A DNA stretch of 63,981 nt, filler included. It is 10 parts of 10 records of this genome, joined end to end, with 100 filler letters (N's around TTAATTAATTAA, not from the genome) between each part and the next. Parts side by side here need not be neighbours in the genome. Positions count along the whole stretch, not along the records: positions 33,017 to 39,975 come from SRR7504441_557; positions 40,076 to 47,637 come from SRR7504441_569; positions 47,738 to 54,202 come from SRR7504441_571; 7 more parts are not named here. One strand, 5' to 3'. Below are positions 38,000-51,955 of this stretch, one piece after another. The notes below the pieces were generated by a model. That model was given only the letters and a program-made list of their open reading frames with translations, was not told the origin of the DNA and searched no databases. The translations under genes were made by a program, and so were the position numbers. Every line of letters begins with the position of its first letter. The first letter of the stretch is position 1.

Positions 38000-38269
38000 C
38001 CACTGATGGTGTGTGCGGGAGTGGCCGTGCGCTGCTGGATCTACGTACTACTAGTAGCGCTGTGTGTAGGCCTGGTCGGACGCAGAGAGGCTAGAGAGGC
38101 GGTCGAACAACCGCGCTTTAGTACGCTCATAGGGCTCTCCCGGAGTTTATGAACGGCCATACACGGCCATGGTTATATTTGGAGCGTGGTGTTCATCGCT
38201 GGCTCGTGGCTCGACTTGCTCCGCCCTTTGGCCTCCGAACCTTGGGCGGGCGACTTGTGCCGTTGCTTC

Positions 38270-39901
38270 CTACGGCTTGGAGCAGCAGTCTTGCTCTGAC
38301 CCCAGGAGGCCGCCATCGCCACCAGCACCGTCGTGCCCGACGACTCGTCCCCCATATAGTGCGGACTCTCCGGGCCCACCGCCAGCACCGCCAGCGCATG
38401 CCGCGCCACCGCCGGTTGCTCGCCTGACCCCCCCTCGCAAAGCGGCCGCAGCCATGCCACCTTGCGCCCACGGCACCTCGAACACCCCCGCGTGCCTGAC
38501 CAGACTGACCAATTCCCACGAGTTAGGCGACCCATCGAATCCTACCGCCATGTGCTGCACCCAGTCGCACTGGGCACATAGCGGGTAACTCCAGATCGAA
38601 TCGCTGCCACCATAGTGCTCTCGCAGCTGCTGAGCCAGGCCGGGGTCCCACTCGCTGCATGCCGCCAGCCATGGCCGACTGGCAACCAGCTGCTCCCTCA
38701 GCAGCTGGTCGACGGTGTCCAAATCAAACCGAGGCCAAAGCTCGAGCTCTGGCTTATCTCTCCACAGCCTGCCCCGCGCTCCGGCCAGCCTACCCAAGCC
38801 CGCACCGGGCCATCCGCACATCAATGTCCCCCGTCTCGGCGTCCACAGTCACCGCCACTGCTATGTGCGGGTCGAATTCGGGCCTCTCCGCCGGCTCCCC
38901 ATCCGCCTCCAAGCTGCACACATGCGGCAGAGCCCTCGCCACCACACCTGCAGACCAGCTCGCCAGCCCCACTAGAGGCAGCTCACAGGCCGGCGGCGAG
39001 CCCCGCTCGAATCGCAGCGAGAGCGACCGGACTCCGGCCCAGCCTGACCTGCCACTTGCTGTTGCCCAGCGCAATGGCGTACCAGGCGGGAGCGGCGGAG
39101 AGCTGGCGTCGTCTGTAGATCCGCGGAGCAGTTCCGTGTACTCCTCCTATCCAACGGCTGAGCACACAGCCAGTCGATCTGTCACCGCGCACGGGAGCCG
39201 CCCCCCACGGGAGCTGGCCGCCGCCTGGACTGCCAGCACCAGTTCCCTTTCGATAAGCCGACACACCTGCCACGGGGGGCTGAGGCGCCAATCAGCTCGC
39301 AGCCGACCTCTTCGGCCACCGCCGCCTGCAGCTGCTCCGGCTCGGCCGTCCGCGGGTCGAGGGTCCGGACCACCCGACTCACCGCTAGCTGCGGGAGCCA
39401 GCTGAATTGTGCGGAGATGCCGACGCTCAGCACCACCACCGAGGCCTCCACCGACCCAGGGGCGCTCCGATCGGTAGCCAGCCCCAGTTCCAGCCAGCTT
39501 ACTGGCCTGGTCAGGTCGTCCCTGGCCAGACACTGCCCGCTGGGTCAGCCCCAGGCGCTGCGGCCGCCGGCACCACCAGCGTATCGGCCTCCGCCTCCAA
39601 GTGGTCAGGTATAGCAGCCTCAGGCCAGTCTACGTAGCTGCAGCCGGGTCAGCCGGGCGGCCCGGGTGGGCGCACCTGATGGGTTGGACCCGGATGGCCA
39701 CGAGGTCGGCTGCTTGCTCCTGATCCAGCTCCTGATGGGCCTGCGGCGGCTTGTGAGTCCGGGCTGGGGCCGCCGGCAGACCAGATGGTGCCGGGCGGCC
39801 TTGGTGGCGGCCAGCGAGAGCCGGAGCGGAGGGCGCCGGTCCCGGGAGAGCAGCAGCACTCGGTCGCAGAGCAGCTGCTCCAGATCGTCCGGGTCGGCCA
39901 T
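38270..39901 (-). CDS. Hypothetical protein, multi-exon
   Basis: Chain of coding-like minus-strand ORF pieces separated by intron-sized gaps; no family recognised; 3' end uncertain. Confidence 0.5.
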
Positions 39902-40207
39902 GTGCGCCGCCCCGACCCGGTCCGGTGCGTCAGTCTACCACTGCAGAAACGGCAATGGCAGGACCTGAACTGGGCNNNNNNNNNNNNNNNNNNNNNNNNN
40001 NNNNNNNNNNNNNNNNNNNTTAATTAATTAANNNNNNNNNNNNNNNNNNNNNNNNNNNNNNNNNNNNNNNNNNNNCAACAAGGACCGCAGCAAGGTGGGT
40101 GGTTGACAGCACGAGGACTTCCGAGGCGATTGTTTGATGATGAGAGGTTTGTTTAACAACGCATCGTTAATTTTTCAAATAGATCCTACAGTTCTTTAAG
40201 CCTGGTG

Positions 40208-43200
40208 TTAAAACGAGTTGGCAAACTCGTCACAGTCCATGAACTCTTGCTCATAAGCATCATGAAAAGACACAGATCCAGCCGCGCTCGGACCCCTATC
40301 GTTGGTCTGCCCAGTGGCATCTCTACTGAAATCTTTGAGCTGTGAGATTCGGTCGGCAGCCCGGCTTGCCCTATCTCCTGCATTAAGTTGCCAAAATTCG
40401 GTTTCAAGCTTCTCCTCCGCCTTCCAATTTCGCAGCATGGCAAGGAGCTGGTTTGCCTTATCATATTCACGGTGACCCATGAGCATTTCTGCAACCTCAT
40501 TTATATCAGCAGCATTGAGCGCGTCTGACCTCAAAGCTCCTGCCACAGGTTTACGTGAGGAGGCCTGTGGTATTGAACCGACACCTTCGGACAGAGCAAT
40601 TGCGGAATCCAACCGATCCTCAGAGCCACCTTCCTCTATGCCCTGCTCAATTAATCTCTTGACGACCTCTTTGGGATTGAACTTTCCGTAGATGGCTTGT
40701 TTTGCAATGTCTACAGCGAGATCCTACAGCCCAGTCAAGGCTGAGTGCGGCACCACCGGACTGATACCTGCGCCTCTTCTTTGGACACAATTTTGCTGCT
40801 CAACAGCATGTCCTTAACCTGCCACTCCCTGAGCGCAAAGGACTGGCCACACTGGCCTTTATAACAGCCAAGTCAGTTTCTTTGATCCACTGAAGCCACG
40901 ATGATTTAGAAGCAACCCAGTCCGGAGGGCATGTGAGACGCCTGTCGCCTTTGCCGAGGCCTTTCACGTGCTGAAATTCCATTCTGCTCCGCTTGACAGC
41001 GTCAACACGTCTTTCATAGGCGTTGAGCTGCTCTCGTTGATACCAGCTGACGATATACTGTACACCGGAAAAGAGGACCGTATAAATGATCCATATCCAC
41101 ATCCCAAAATTAAACATCACACAAGCTCTTTGCTGCTTACAAAGTTCGCTCATCGAAGTCCTGCTTCCGTCGCTTTCTAATCGATAATTCCAGTTTCCGG
41201 TGTGCACGTCGCCCATGTTAAAAGGCGTGGGCATGTATTCCGCGATAAGAACCGTTGTCACAACTGCGTCAACCACCGCAAGAAGAAGCGCTCCAACCCC
41301 TATACAGACATGGGCTACTGGTGTCTGCCTTTCTACCCGGTGCACATCCCTCCTAAATTCATCATTCATTTTCTTACATAGGAGTGACTTGTAGGCGGTC
41401 TTGAGCTCTGCCTGCTCCCATTTGTGAAGAGGCGTGGCATGCGCAAATTTGTAGACAAACGTAAAAAATACGAACGGGATTGCCACCAAAATCTTCAGAA
41501 TCCCAGTGACAAGGGATACAGCCGGCTTACAATTGTTGGCAAGTGGTGGCTCGCTCCAGGCAACACAGGCCACGACGATGTCATAAACTCCCAAGGTACC
41601 GTACAGTATCCCAGTTAGAATTAGGACCGGACGACGATGAGCCCACGGTGGATTCAGCCTCGAAGCAAATATCTTCTGGGCTCCAAGTCCTCCGAGGGTG
41701 CCAACTATTCCAGCAATCAAAGTGTACAGCATGATTAAGTCTACAACGAGATCGCCCCATGTATACCCACTTGCAGGATAATCAAAAGGCAGCTGAAGCC
41801 CTACCGATCAGATAAACAGGTCAGTTAATGGCACGCGATCATCTTTAGTCCGCTCACCGGTGCCCCTTTGCCAGGTGAGGATTCTCCAACCAATCAGCAG
41901 GCAAGCAAACAATCGGGGCCGGGACCAAAGCTGCGTGAGGGCATGAATTGAAGAAGGCGCTATGATCAGAAGAAAAAGATAAGCAGGAACGCTGTAAAAG
42001 AAGAAGATGAACTCATTGCTCCAAGTCGTTATAAAGAGCAGCAGAGTTGCAAGCTCCCCAGCCTGGCACGAAGGCTCAGTCGGGCCCTATTTGCCTGACA
42101 GACCAGCAAATCCAGAGTCAATCCAGACCAAAGCAGCAGGGAAACAATCTGTCCCCTGGTGTACCATTTTCCCCAGTTATATGAAAGCTCGTTTATGCCA
42201 AGATGGGTCCCTGTGCGATTGAATAGTCCACAGAGGGGCCATAGGCATATGACATCAACAGCCAGACCTGCCATTCAACTGTCAAACGTGCCACACGTGC
42301 TCGCCAGACCATTCATAGTAGCTCCGACGTAATCAGGATTTGGCGATTTGGTGAGAAAGTCCTGCGCGGCACATGGGTGTTAGGGTGCTGAGAAAGAGCT
42401 ACCTTGTAGTGGAAGAGGAATAAGATACAATGTATTAGTTGATCCCAACCGCCCGTCATGATATTTGTCAGAAGAGTGCTGTTGTCAAAAGCCAGGAGAT
42501 GATGATCAATTGCGGCAAGAATTATGTCTTTGTAGGGTTCCCTCTGGCACAGCTGCGCCAAAGTTGCCTTGCCTTGTTGCAAATAAGACCTAGCCTTCAG
42601 GTCAACACTCCACAACCAGATTTCTTTCAGACCTCTTCGACTGGGTCTGTGTCTCACCAGGCTGTGGCTTCTCCCAAACTTCAAACAGCGGATCTGCGTA
42701 ACACAGTGAGGATAAGGTTCCTCACTTTCAGAGGCGGAGTGACTACCCATCCAGATGTCGATCCCTAAAGAAAAGAAGAGCTGCCAAATTGGCTGGTCTG
42801 CAGAAGTATAGAGCTGAGCAAAGACGACTCGGTCTTCGTACGGCTCATCAACCCAATAATCTTTAGTTGGTATTCTGGTACGCGCAATTACGTTTGTCGC
42901 GTACACAGCAACTCTTTGGATAGTTCCAGGCTGGAGATTATCTTGCTCACCAGCATATTTGGTTACCTCCGCCATTTTGAACCCAATTTTCTTGAGCGCT
43001 CTTGCTACTGTCTCAACCCTAGAACGATCTTGCGGGTCCCACGACCCCGACCTTTTGGCATCTTGCCATGAGCGGTATTCTGAATCTGCCAATACCTGCC
43101 AGAACACGCGATTAGCTATGGGTTGTTGGCTTGATCTCACCAATGACTTAAAGTAAGCCTCAAGCAGATCCATCGATGTCAAACCATCAATCTTGATCTG

Positions 43201-46200
43201 CACAGCTTTGGCATCGAGCTCGACCCAGTTCTCATGATCTGAGACAATAGCAAACAGTGCTGGCATTGAAATCACTAGACCGTCGAGAATCCCGTGAGAC
43301 TTGATGGCTTGCACTTGGAACCCAGGCAAGCCCTCTTCTTGAGCTGGGCAGACAATCTGCACCCTGCCCCTGTGCGAGTAGTCGGCAAGCGCTATGTTAG
43401 TAAAATCTTTCTTTGGATCACTGTCTCTGGTCACCGCTGTGCCAGCTTGCTCCTCCTCACTGCGTTTTCGAGACAGAAATCTTTGGTAGTACGACATTTC
43501 ACCGCACTCTTTATCCTCTTCTTGGACTGCATCTTTGTCCAAAAACAACGGCCTGAGACCAGCACTCAAATCTGCAAAGTGAGTGATGTTCCAATCCACC
43601 TCGAAAGAGTCAGCTTCTACAACCATGTTCCCATCATAGACCAAACTAAGATCGTCGCAGACTAGGCACAGGACAGTATCAATGCCATCAGAATTAGACA
43701 TCGCAGCAATCCCGTCAGTGCTTTGAGCCGTCCCGATCGCACAGAACGCTCGAAAATGGAATTTCAACGAGACCTTTGCTACCTGGGACTCCTTCGTGGG
43801 CAACAAACTCCGCATTGGCATGAGGCTCTTCGCACGCTCCTCAATCATCTTTCGCATGTGCTGCTCCGCTTCTGGTCTGGTCCCTGTCCATACTAAATTT
43901 GATGCCATGTATTCCACAATACGAAACCCGAATAGAGTCGCTTCCACTGGCAACTTAACGCCTAGTGTCCCTCCAGATGAATCAATCCCCTTAAATGACG
44001 CCTCACCTGTAAGAGTTGACGCTAGGTCTGCCCCCGTCTCCACCCTTTTGAAGTCGAGATCTTTACCATCCGATCTTTCATTGAATGAGAACACGTCAAT
44101 TGTGAGCTGCCCAACGTTGTCCGGTAATAGCTGGACGCACGGCTCTTTGGGACGATCCCAGAGTTTCCATTCAACCATGGTGTTCACCCAGGCAGGATAG
44201 TGGAGCAGCTCGAGATCAGGCAGGAGGACGTTGGAATCTGCACTTTCTTTCACCCGCGCGACGATATGAAAGCCAGAATGTCTTAATTTGACCTGATTAT
44301 TCTTCCTTGAAGTATAAGGTACCCGCAGTTCCCATTCGTCGACGTCTGGTGGGCTTCGAACATGCAAATGACCTAGGCTGATCCGCAAATTCTCATGAGA
44401 GCCGCACGGCTCACCGTCTTCGCAGGTGGCACGGCTCGCCACATTTCCACCAGTGGGTAGACCTAAGACAGCACTAGGACAGTGCACATCCAGCGAAAGA
44501 TCAATGCCGAGATTAGAAGGCGTGTTTTGCCTGACAGCGATACTCTTGGCACCAAAGTGTGCGACCAGATCGTCGATTTGGTCTGGAAGGTCAAGTTCTC
44601 GTGTAATGCAAGCAACGCTATTGCTGATTCGGTGGCAGCCCAAAACGAGCTCTCGACGTCTCTCTATTCTGACGTCTACTGTTTCTATAAGCGGAATCCA
44701 GGGTGACATTTTCATGATCTCTAAGTGCGCTAGATCATTTGCAACCAGCTTAAGGTCTTTCTCAATGTTCTGAGGATTTTCGTTCAGTGATGGGTGCTCG
44801 ATCCTGTCTCGAATGCCCCGCAATTGTGGAATGAGCGCTCTGAAAGTCGAGTCACTGCTCTGCTGGACTAACTCATCCAGCGAGTCGATCATTTCGTCTA
44901 CTTCTTTCAAATTGTCGTCGTACAGTTCATGCCGTTCCTCTTGATAGTACCATTCAAATAGCCGCTCAAGCTCACTTCCAAGCGCTGCAAGTTTTGTCTC
45001 ATCTGAAGCATTGCCCAGTATCCGAGGTGTCTGAGACGCCTGACGCAAATTTGGGTCCCGCAATGCGTCCACAAGTGCTCGGTATCTTTCGTCCTGCGGG
45101 ATAATATCGTCGGCACTCGCTGCGTATATGCCTACAACCCTTCGCCACTCGTCATTATTGATAGTGCCGTCATGATCGAGATCTGCAGCTACAGCGTTCA
45201 ACTCGTAGTTTGCCAGTGCGAATTCAAAGAGATCTTGCTTGGCCTGTCCTGCTTGTAGCCCCTGGACTACAGATAACTTTTCAAGATAAGCCGCGCCAGC
45301 ATTTCGAAAAAAGTCTACAACCTCAAATAGAGACTTTGGATTGATATTGACGCGGAACTCCCTGCATGTGATGTTGGCCTGTGCCCAGAAAACTTTCTCA
45401 AACAGATGTTCCTGTGCACATAGTCAGTCCATAGTCAGTATCTGAATAGGGCAAACTAAACCTCACCGTGTCGTGCTGCAGGTATGAGACCTCATCGCGG
45501 TAGAACTTCAGGAGCTCAAGGGTCTGAATTTCCAGAAGTCTAATTCGACTGGCGGCACAATGCTTTTCAAGAATGGTACCCTGAGTTTCAATCTGCTGAA
45601 ATAAGCGTGGTGTGATGTAGGTGGAGCCATCTCGCATAAAGAGTTCGCGAAAACAATTGACCAGCTTGCTGTGCGCTGCAATCTCCTGCTCCACATAAAG
45701 ATCACTACTGGATGGACTCTTCAAGTAGTCCTTGGTGAACATGAACGATTCGCACCCTGCAATGTTTTCCTGGAGGGCCATCAACCTATTGTCAATTTCT
45801 TTCAAATGCTCGATGTTGTGTTCGGACTTGAGCACTGTCATGTCGACTTCCATCCACGGGTGGTCTTGTTTGCCCTGGCATTGGTAGCACCTGCACAAAA
45901 CAGCTCAAAGAAAGCTAGACTAGTTGTGCACCGCCGGAGCCATCTGAAGTTACTACTGATCCGGTCCATGCGGGTGGAGAGTTTGAAGGTAATACATGGT
46001 AAGACCTTGCCCGAGTCGCTGCTTGGTACCCACACCTGCCAAATCCTGATGTCCACTATCCATTCTATCGGCTATGCAATTACCAGCCTTCGGCTTTCTT
46101 TGCCATGCCGCATTTCGATACCCCACAGGTGCCCTGCAATGTCAAAGTATTTCCAGTCGTTGTGTTCGAGGCGGAGTTGCAGAAGGGAAGCGTCACGTAC

Positions 46201-47397
46201 AGCTGGAGGCACAACGCATTTCATTGAGAGGATAGGATCCCGCGAGCCTCCATGTGGCAGTATGGCCAAACTGGCAGCACAGTCCTCCTTCCATTGTGTA
46301 GCATCTTCATCTCTCCTTCTCAACAACTGCACCCGAAGTGGAAGATGTTGCAAGTGATATAACAGTGCCTGGTGCCCTTGCCCTTTTTCCATCAAGCTTT
46401 CATACTCATCATTTGTGGTGCCACACAACCCGGCATGCTCAATCAGCAGTGCCCCAGCCTCAAACCGAAGCACGAACAACAGTGGAAAGTTGGACTCTAA
46501 AGGCAGAGTTTCGGTGTCGAGTTGCACAGACAGCCCGCTCGCTTTTATCTGAAAGTTATTGAGCAGTGTGGAGCTCAGAATCTGGGACAGCTTATCCTTA
46601 GCTGATTCAGTCCACGATCTCTGCCCAGACGAATCAGAGGCTGCCGGATCCCCGTCTTCGTTGGCCTCACCAGGTGCCCCGCTGGCCTGCTCTTGCTGTG
46701 AGTAGAGCACTTCACTCTCCGCAATGTGCTCTAGAAATTTGTCCAGCTTCTTGCTCCCGCCCAGCTGATCCTGTCTAGACAGTCGGGTTTCAAGATTCTT
46801 CCTAAATGCCCTGATCGTGCCGGCCCGGTGCTGACCGCCCACCTCCCAGTCCTTGTGCAGCTTAGCTGTGGCGCGGATCTCCATGTTGTTCAATAGGACA
46901 GTAGCGCCTGGAGCCTGCACCAGCAGCTCCTCCAACCGGACCATCACGAAGTCCTGCCCCGTGCTCGACGTATGGAACCGCTCCATGCTGTGCCGGGACT
47001 CCTGCTCCTTCTTCTCCCTAATTGCAGCAGCTGCCGCCGCGCCTTTGGCCTTGAGCTCCTCGAGCTCGTGGACGGCCATCCGCTTGCCTCGGATGAAGGC
47101 GTCAGCCGGGTCAATCACCACGCTCATGCTCTCGATGGTGGTGTTCTCCAGGTCAAGCGTGAGCCCGGTGAGCTCGAACAGCCGGTACTGGACGTACGGC
47201 GTGAGCCGGACCTGGATGAACGAGACCTCCACGATCCCGAACGTGCTGATCTGGATCTCAACATCCAGGAACGACTCCAGGCGGTTGGCGATCACCTGCT
47301 CCACGCTCTCGTTGGTGGTAACCTCGAACAGCTTCTTCGCCACCCCTATCGTCGTGGCCAGCGCGGACACCGCCTTGGCCGCCACGTAGCTCGACAT
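40208..47397 (-). CDS. Very large (>2000 aa) protein: Chorein-N/VPS13-like N-terminus, EF-hand-like motif, polytopic membrane C-terminus
   Basis: ORFs 46072-47400, 45838-46056, 45398-45898, 42313-45201, 42029-42274, 40800-41732 and 40208-40612 splice into one frame via nine short introns; DLDHDGTINNDE; many hydrophobic helices after about 42500. Confidence 0.7.
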
Positions 47398-47737
47398 CAC
47401 TGCGCTCAGCCAGTCCTCACTGCGCTCAGCCAGTCCTCAGACAGTGCCGAGCGCAGTGGCCGCGCGGCGCAGCCCCGCACTGCTGCCGTTAGAACAAGAT
47501 CTGGACTGTGGATGGTCTCCGCTTTAATTTGTAACATATGCATTAGATCCCGAGGGCGATACAGGACTGTATTATGGCGCGTGTGATCCACAAAGGTGCC
47601 CTCTTGTGTAGCTACGACGTCCGACGACGGTGTACGANNNNNNNNNNNNNNNNNNNNNNNNNNNNNNNNNNNNNNNNNNNNTTAATTAATTAANNNNNNN
47701 NNNNNNNNNNNNNNNNNNNNNNNNNNNNNNNNNNNNN

Positions 47738-49687
47738 GGGGAGCCTGGTCAGGATGCTCGAGAGGATTTTGAAGACTGTAAAGACTGTGATGAGTTTAAC
47801 CAGGAGCCTGAGCCTCTTGAGGATGTCGCCAAGGTTGAGGCTTTAGCAGACAAGGCTGCTAAGGACGCAGAGAAGGCCAAAGCGGACATTCGAAAGGCCG
47901 ATGCTGCGATGGCAAAGGCTGCGGACGAGGCAGCGGAGTCCAAGGCTCAGAACCAGACTCCAGCAGAAGGTGCTGCTCTGATTGCCGCAGCGGGAGGTCA
48001 GACGGTGACCGAAAAGGCCAAGCTTGACGCAGCGAGCAGTGGTCTGACCACCCGGGCGGAAAGTTCTGCCTTCCAAGCGCCACGTACTACAACCGACAGG
48101 CTTCGGCAAAAGGCTGACACAGCCATGTCAAAGCCCACAGTGTCCACACCTGCAGACCCGACGTCTGCATCTGAATCCGTAGTCCCCGAGCTTGACACGG
48201 AAGTCCGGTCGGAGAGTCCAACAGTCCAGCCATTGAGGCAAAAGGCTGATGCAGCCATGACAACGGCCGCTGATGAGGCCATGAAGGCAAAGGCTGACGA
48301 AGACACCGCGACGGCAAAGGCTGCAGAAGAGGCAGCTAGGGCCAAGACAGAGGCAGCTGCGATGGAAAGGGCAGCACGAGATGCAGTTGCTGGTAGCGGT
48401 GGAGTTATAACAGAAGAAACAGCAGAAGCCCAGGCAGCTATTAATACAGAGAAAGTTGCACAGGCAGCTGCAGTACGAGATGCAATTGCGGGTAGCGTTG
48501 GGGGTATGGCAGAAGCTAGGGCCAAAGACGCCTTGCCAGGGCGAATTGAGGAGCTCGACCTTATGCAACAGCTTGAAGAAGATGGCGCTCGATCCTTCTT
48601 GTTCTTCAAGTCGGATGACAACGACACGACCTTGATGCAAGTTGCTCAGATCCGCGAAGAGCTCAAGAAGAGGCAGGTTCAGTTTCTGGAAGTGGATTTA
48701 TTCGACCCGCTCACGCAGTCCATCCGTACAGAGATCCACCAGAAGATGGTGGCACTCAGCGGATTGGAGGAGACCCCTCAGCTGTTCCTTCAGGGGAAAC
48801 TGATGGGTGAGAACTAGATTAAACTGCCGTATGCGTGCTGTTTCTTGAGTTGTGCTGCAGGAGCTGGTCCCGAGACTCTCGGAACGCTGATGTATCTCAT
48901 GGACTTATTGGAAGAGTCCTCTAGATCCCCCTCCCCAGCATGCAATGAGAAAGTGATGGATGCGAGAATGATAGATGTAATGGCTGCTCGGGTGTGTCTA
49001 CAGCGAGCACTAGTCAAGGCTGGAAAGCCACATGCCGAGGTCGACCCGGAGCTGGTGCAGGGGCTTGCAGACATGCTAGCTGAGAGCCAGAATCGGGAGC
49101 AGCTCAACAATACGCTGGTTGCCTTCCTCAATGGTGTCGGGCTACCTATGCTCGATGTGCAGGCTGTTGTGCAAGACGTGATGGCCTATTATAGCCAGCA
49201 CAGGCCGAACCTAGCACTCGATCAGGTGCAAAGTAGACGTGGTCGTCAGTCCATAGATTCAGACGTCCGACCTGTCAGTGCTGATTCGTTCGCCACTGCC
49301 GCCTCATTGCTTGCTGGCGAGGATCTAGAAGCGGCTGGCCAGTGGAGTCCTGTGCTTCCTCCGGCTAGCAGGTCAAACAGTCCCGACTTGCAAACGCTCG
49401 AGGCGGCTAGTCAGTGGGTGCCTGCAGATCGTTCACGGTTCCAACAGGCAATTGTGGACGATGATCATGCTCAGGCTGAACTTGAGCAGGAAATTGTTCA
49501 ACTTCAAGCAGCACTGAAAGAGCAGAGCAAGCAACTTGCAGAGCTCAGGGACGTGGCAAGCCGCACTACTCTACCAAGCAAGCGCCTCTCATTGATGTGG
49601 GAAATACGGGAATCGGCACAGAAACGTCAATTTCTCGAAGCACAGCTCCAGAGAGTCAGGAGCAGGAGCAGGCTGCTGAGGGATTAA
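47738..49687 (+). CDS. Ala/Glu-rich protein with a Cys-less glutaredoxin/SH3BGR-like domain and C-terminal coil; 5' partial
   Basis: IREELKKRQVQFLEVDL..MVALSG.EETPQLFLQGKLMG; intron near 48807-48860. Confidence 0.6.
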
Positions 49688-49998
49688 GTTTGTGCTGCTG
49701 ACGTGTATCATGCAGCAGGCTCGTGAGTATTACGTAGTACAGTCTTGGAGGTATCGATAGGCTCGGTGCTTCGAGCTCGAGACCGTAAAAAAGTGTGCCA
49801 ACGTGCATTCCTTTGTACATACAAGCAAAAAAACATATAAATTACATATACAAAGAATCTGCGCTGGTTATGTGGCCTCGGCTCGACCTTCAATGTATCT
49901 CGACCTTCAGTACTGTATACGAGTATAGTCAGTATACAAAGAATCTGTCATGTACATGTATAGAACGTATAGAATCTGATTCATGTATTACAAGTAGG

Positions 49999-51862
49999 CT
50001 AGTATGACGTATGGTCATGTCGGGTGTGAGATTCGAGGCTAGTTTCCCACTCAAGCTCTTCGACAGCAGTGGCCCTAGTTTCCGTCTCGAGCTCCTCTGC
50101 TTGCCTAGCTACATCCTCAATCACATGATCGACACCGGCTTGCCACTCTGCCTCTTGCCAGTCGCCTTGTGCCCACTGCTCCTCGGTCCTCTCCACCCGA
50201 CCCGCGTGCTGCTCCATCGCCAGCTCCCTTTCCCTCCGTCCAGGAAACCCTAACTGTCCTTGCATCGGCCCTTGCAGAGCCCGTGCTTTGACTTTGAGCA
50301 TTTCTCTCGGCAGCCGGGTCCGAAGCCCTACAGCCAGTAGCTGCGAGAGTGGCGGCCGGTTCAGCAGAGACACCACTGCTGAGATGCTCAGCGGCTGCTC
50401 ACTCGGCAGCGCGCGCATCGCGTTCTGCCTGATCGATTGGCAAAAGTGGTCCGGGAGCGGACCGGCTGCCCGATCGAGCAGCTCGAGCACCACCTCGGGC
50501 GCCTGCTCGGGCAAGATTGCGTCAAACGTCTGCACTGCCTCGAAAGCCTCAATCAGAAACGCGATCAGCGCTGCAGGCGCGCAGTTCTCCAGGTTGAGCA
50601 GCTCTTGCCACTCTTCTGGCCCGGTCAGAGGCATGACGGGTGTCGGCTGGATTGTGAGCAGCCGAGTTTGGTTTGGATGCACACGCGCCGGTGTGGGAGT
50701 GCTCAGATGACTCTCTACCGTGCTCCGCCACTGCTGCACGCTCTCGGCATACTCCCTCGCCTCTGGGGTCAGCCGCGCGAGCTCCTCCTGCTCGGCCCGC
50801 AGCTGGCCGACTTGCTGGCGCGCTTTGCGGCCACGAACCTGCTGCTGTATGCTCATTGCAGCCTGCTCCTGCTCCTGCGCGGCTGAGAGCACCGAGTAAC
50901 GCGTCTCTCGCGCCACGCACCCGGCCTGCAGGATGGCCGCCGCCTCCGCATGACTCATGTCACTCACTCCACCGGACGGGTCCCACTCAGCTGGCGGTGG
51001 GGACTCCTCAACTTGGTGGGCGATCGGAAGCCCCGCGCCGACGTCGCTCTCCTCGTGCGTCTCTGTAGTGAGCTCATACGTCACTCCAGGCTCGCAGCCG
51101 GCCGCGACCTCCAGCTTGGCGGCCAGCTCGCCCAGGGCCCGGGCCTGCTCCAGCGCATTGGTGTACTGGTAGTTAAGTCCCATCTGCCTTGCTTCGCCCG
51201 CCATCTCGACCAGCAGCTGCTCGCTCAACTCACCCGTCTGGAGCAGCCCCTGCCAGCCCTGCAGCAACGACCCGTCGTGCACCCGCGCGGCCCGGAACAG
51301 CAGCTCGGCCGCCGCCCCGGCCGCCAGGGCCGCCGCCAGCACCTCAGCCGTCGCCCCGACCACCGGTCCGTCCCCCGCTGCAAGCTCCAACGACCCGCTG
51401 CCTGCTGTCAGGTCGCGCCTGGCAGTCTTCCCGCGCTGCACCGCCTGGATCCGAGTAGCCGCTGCGGCCTGCATCGCGGCCTCGTCATCCTCCTCCTCCT
51501 CTGGCCGGTCCTCGCCCTCCTCCTCCGGCAGACCATCGGCTTGCCTGCGCGCCCGTCGCTCGGCCGCCCGCCTGTCTCGCTCCTGGCTCCGGACTCAGCC
51601 ACTGCGGGGTGATCGGGGCACCTGCATCTCGGGCGAAAGGGACTCGTCCAGCCCGCGGATCTGCTGCTTGCCGCGGATGCCGTACTCCTCCTGGAGCCGA
51701 TGCAACTCATCGACGGTGCTCTCGATCCCAGAGTAGCCACCGCCCAACTTGCGGAACTGCAGGTAGCCTGCCCGCCCAGCTCGGCCCGGGCTCGACTGGC
51801 TCGCCACCGGAGGCCTGCGCCTGCTCCCAAGCCGCCTCCGCCTCCCAGTCGCACGAAGACAT
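49999..51862 (-). CDS. IQ-motif (calmodulin-binding) protein, two 5' introns
   Basis: AATRIQAVQRGKTARR, AAAILQAGCVARETR, AAMSIQQQVRGRKARQ. Confidence 0.7.
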
Positions 51863-51955
51863 TGCTGCAAGTTGCCTCCGAGTCGCGCACGCCACTCGCA
51901 CGGCGGTGGCAGCCTGGCTGTAACGGCAGCTGCAGGACTGATCAGGCGCTCCATC
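51863..51955. promoter_or_regulatory. 93-bp bidirectional promoter with TAACGG (51921-51926)
   Basis: Divergent ATGs at 51862(-) and 51956(+). Confidence 0.6.
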
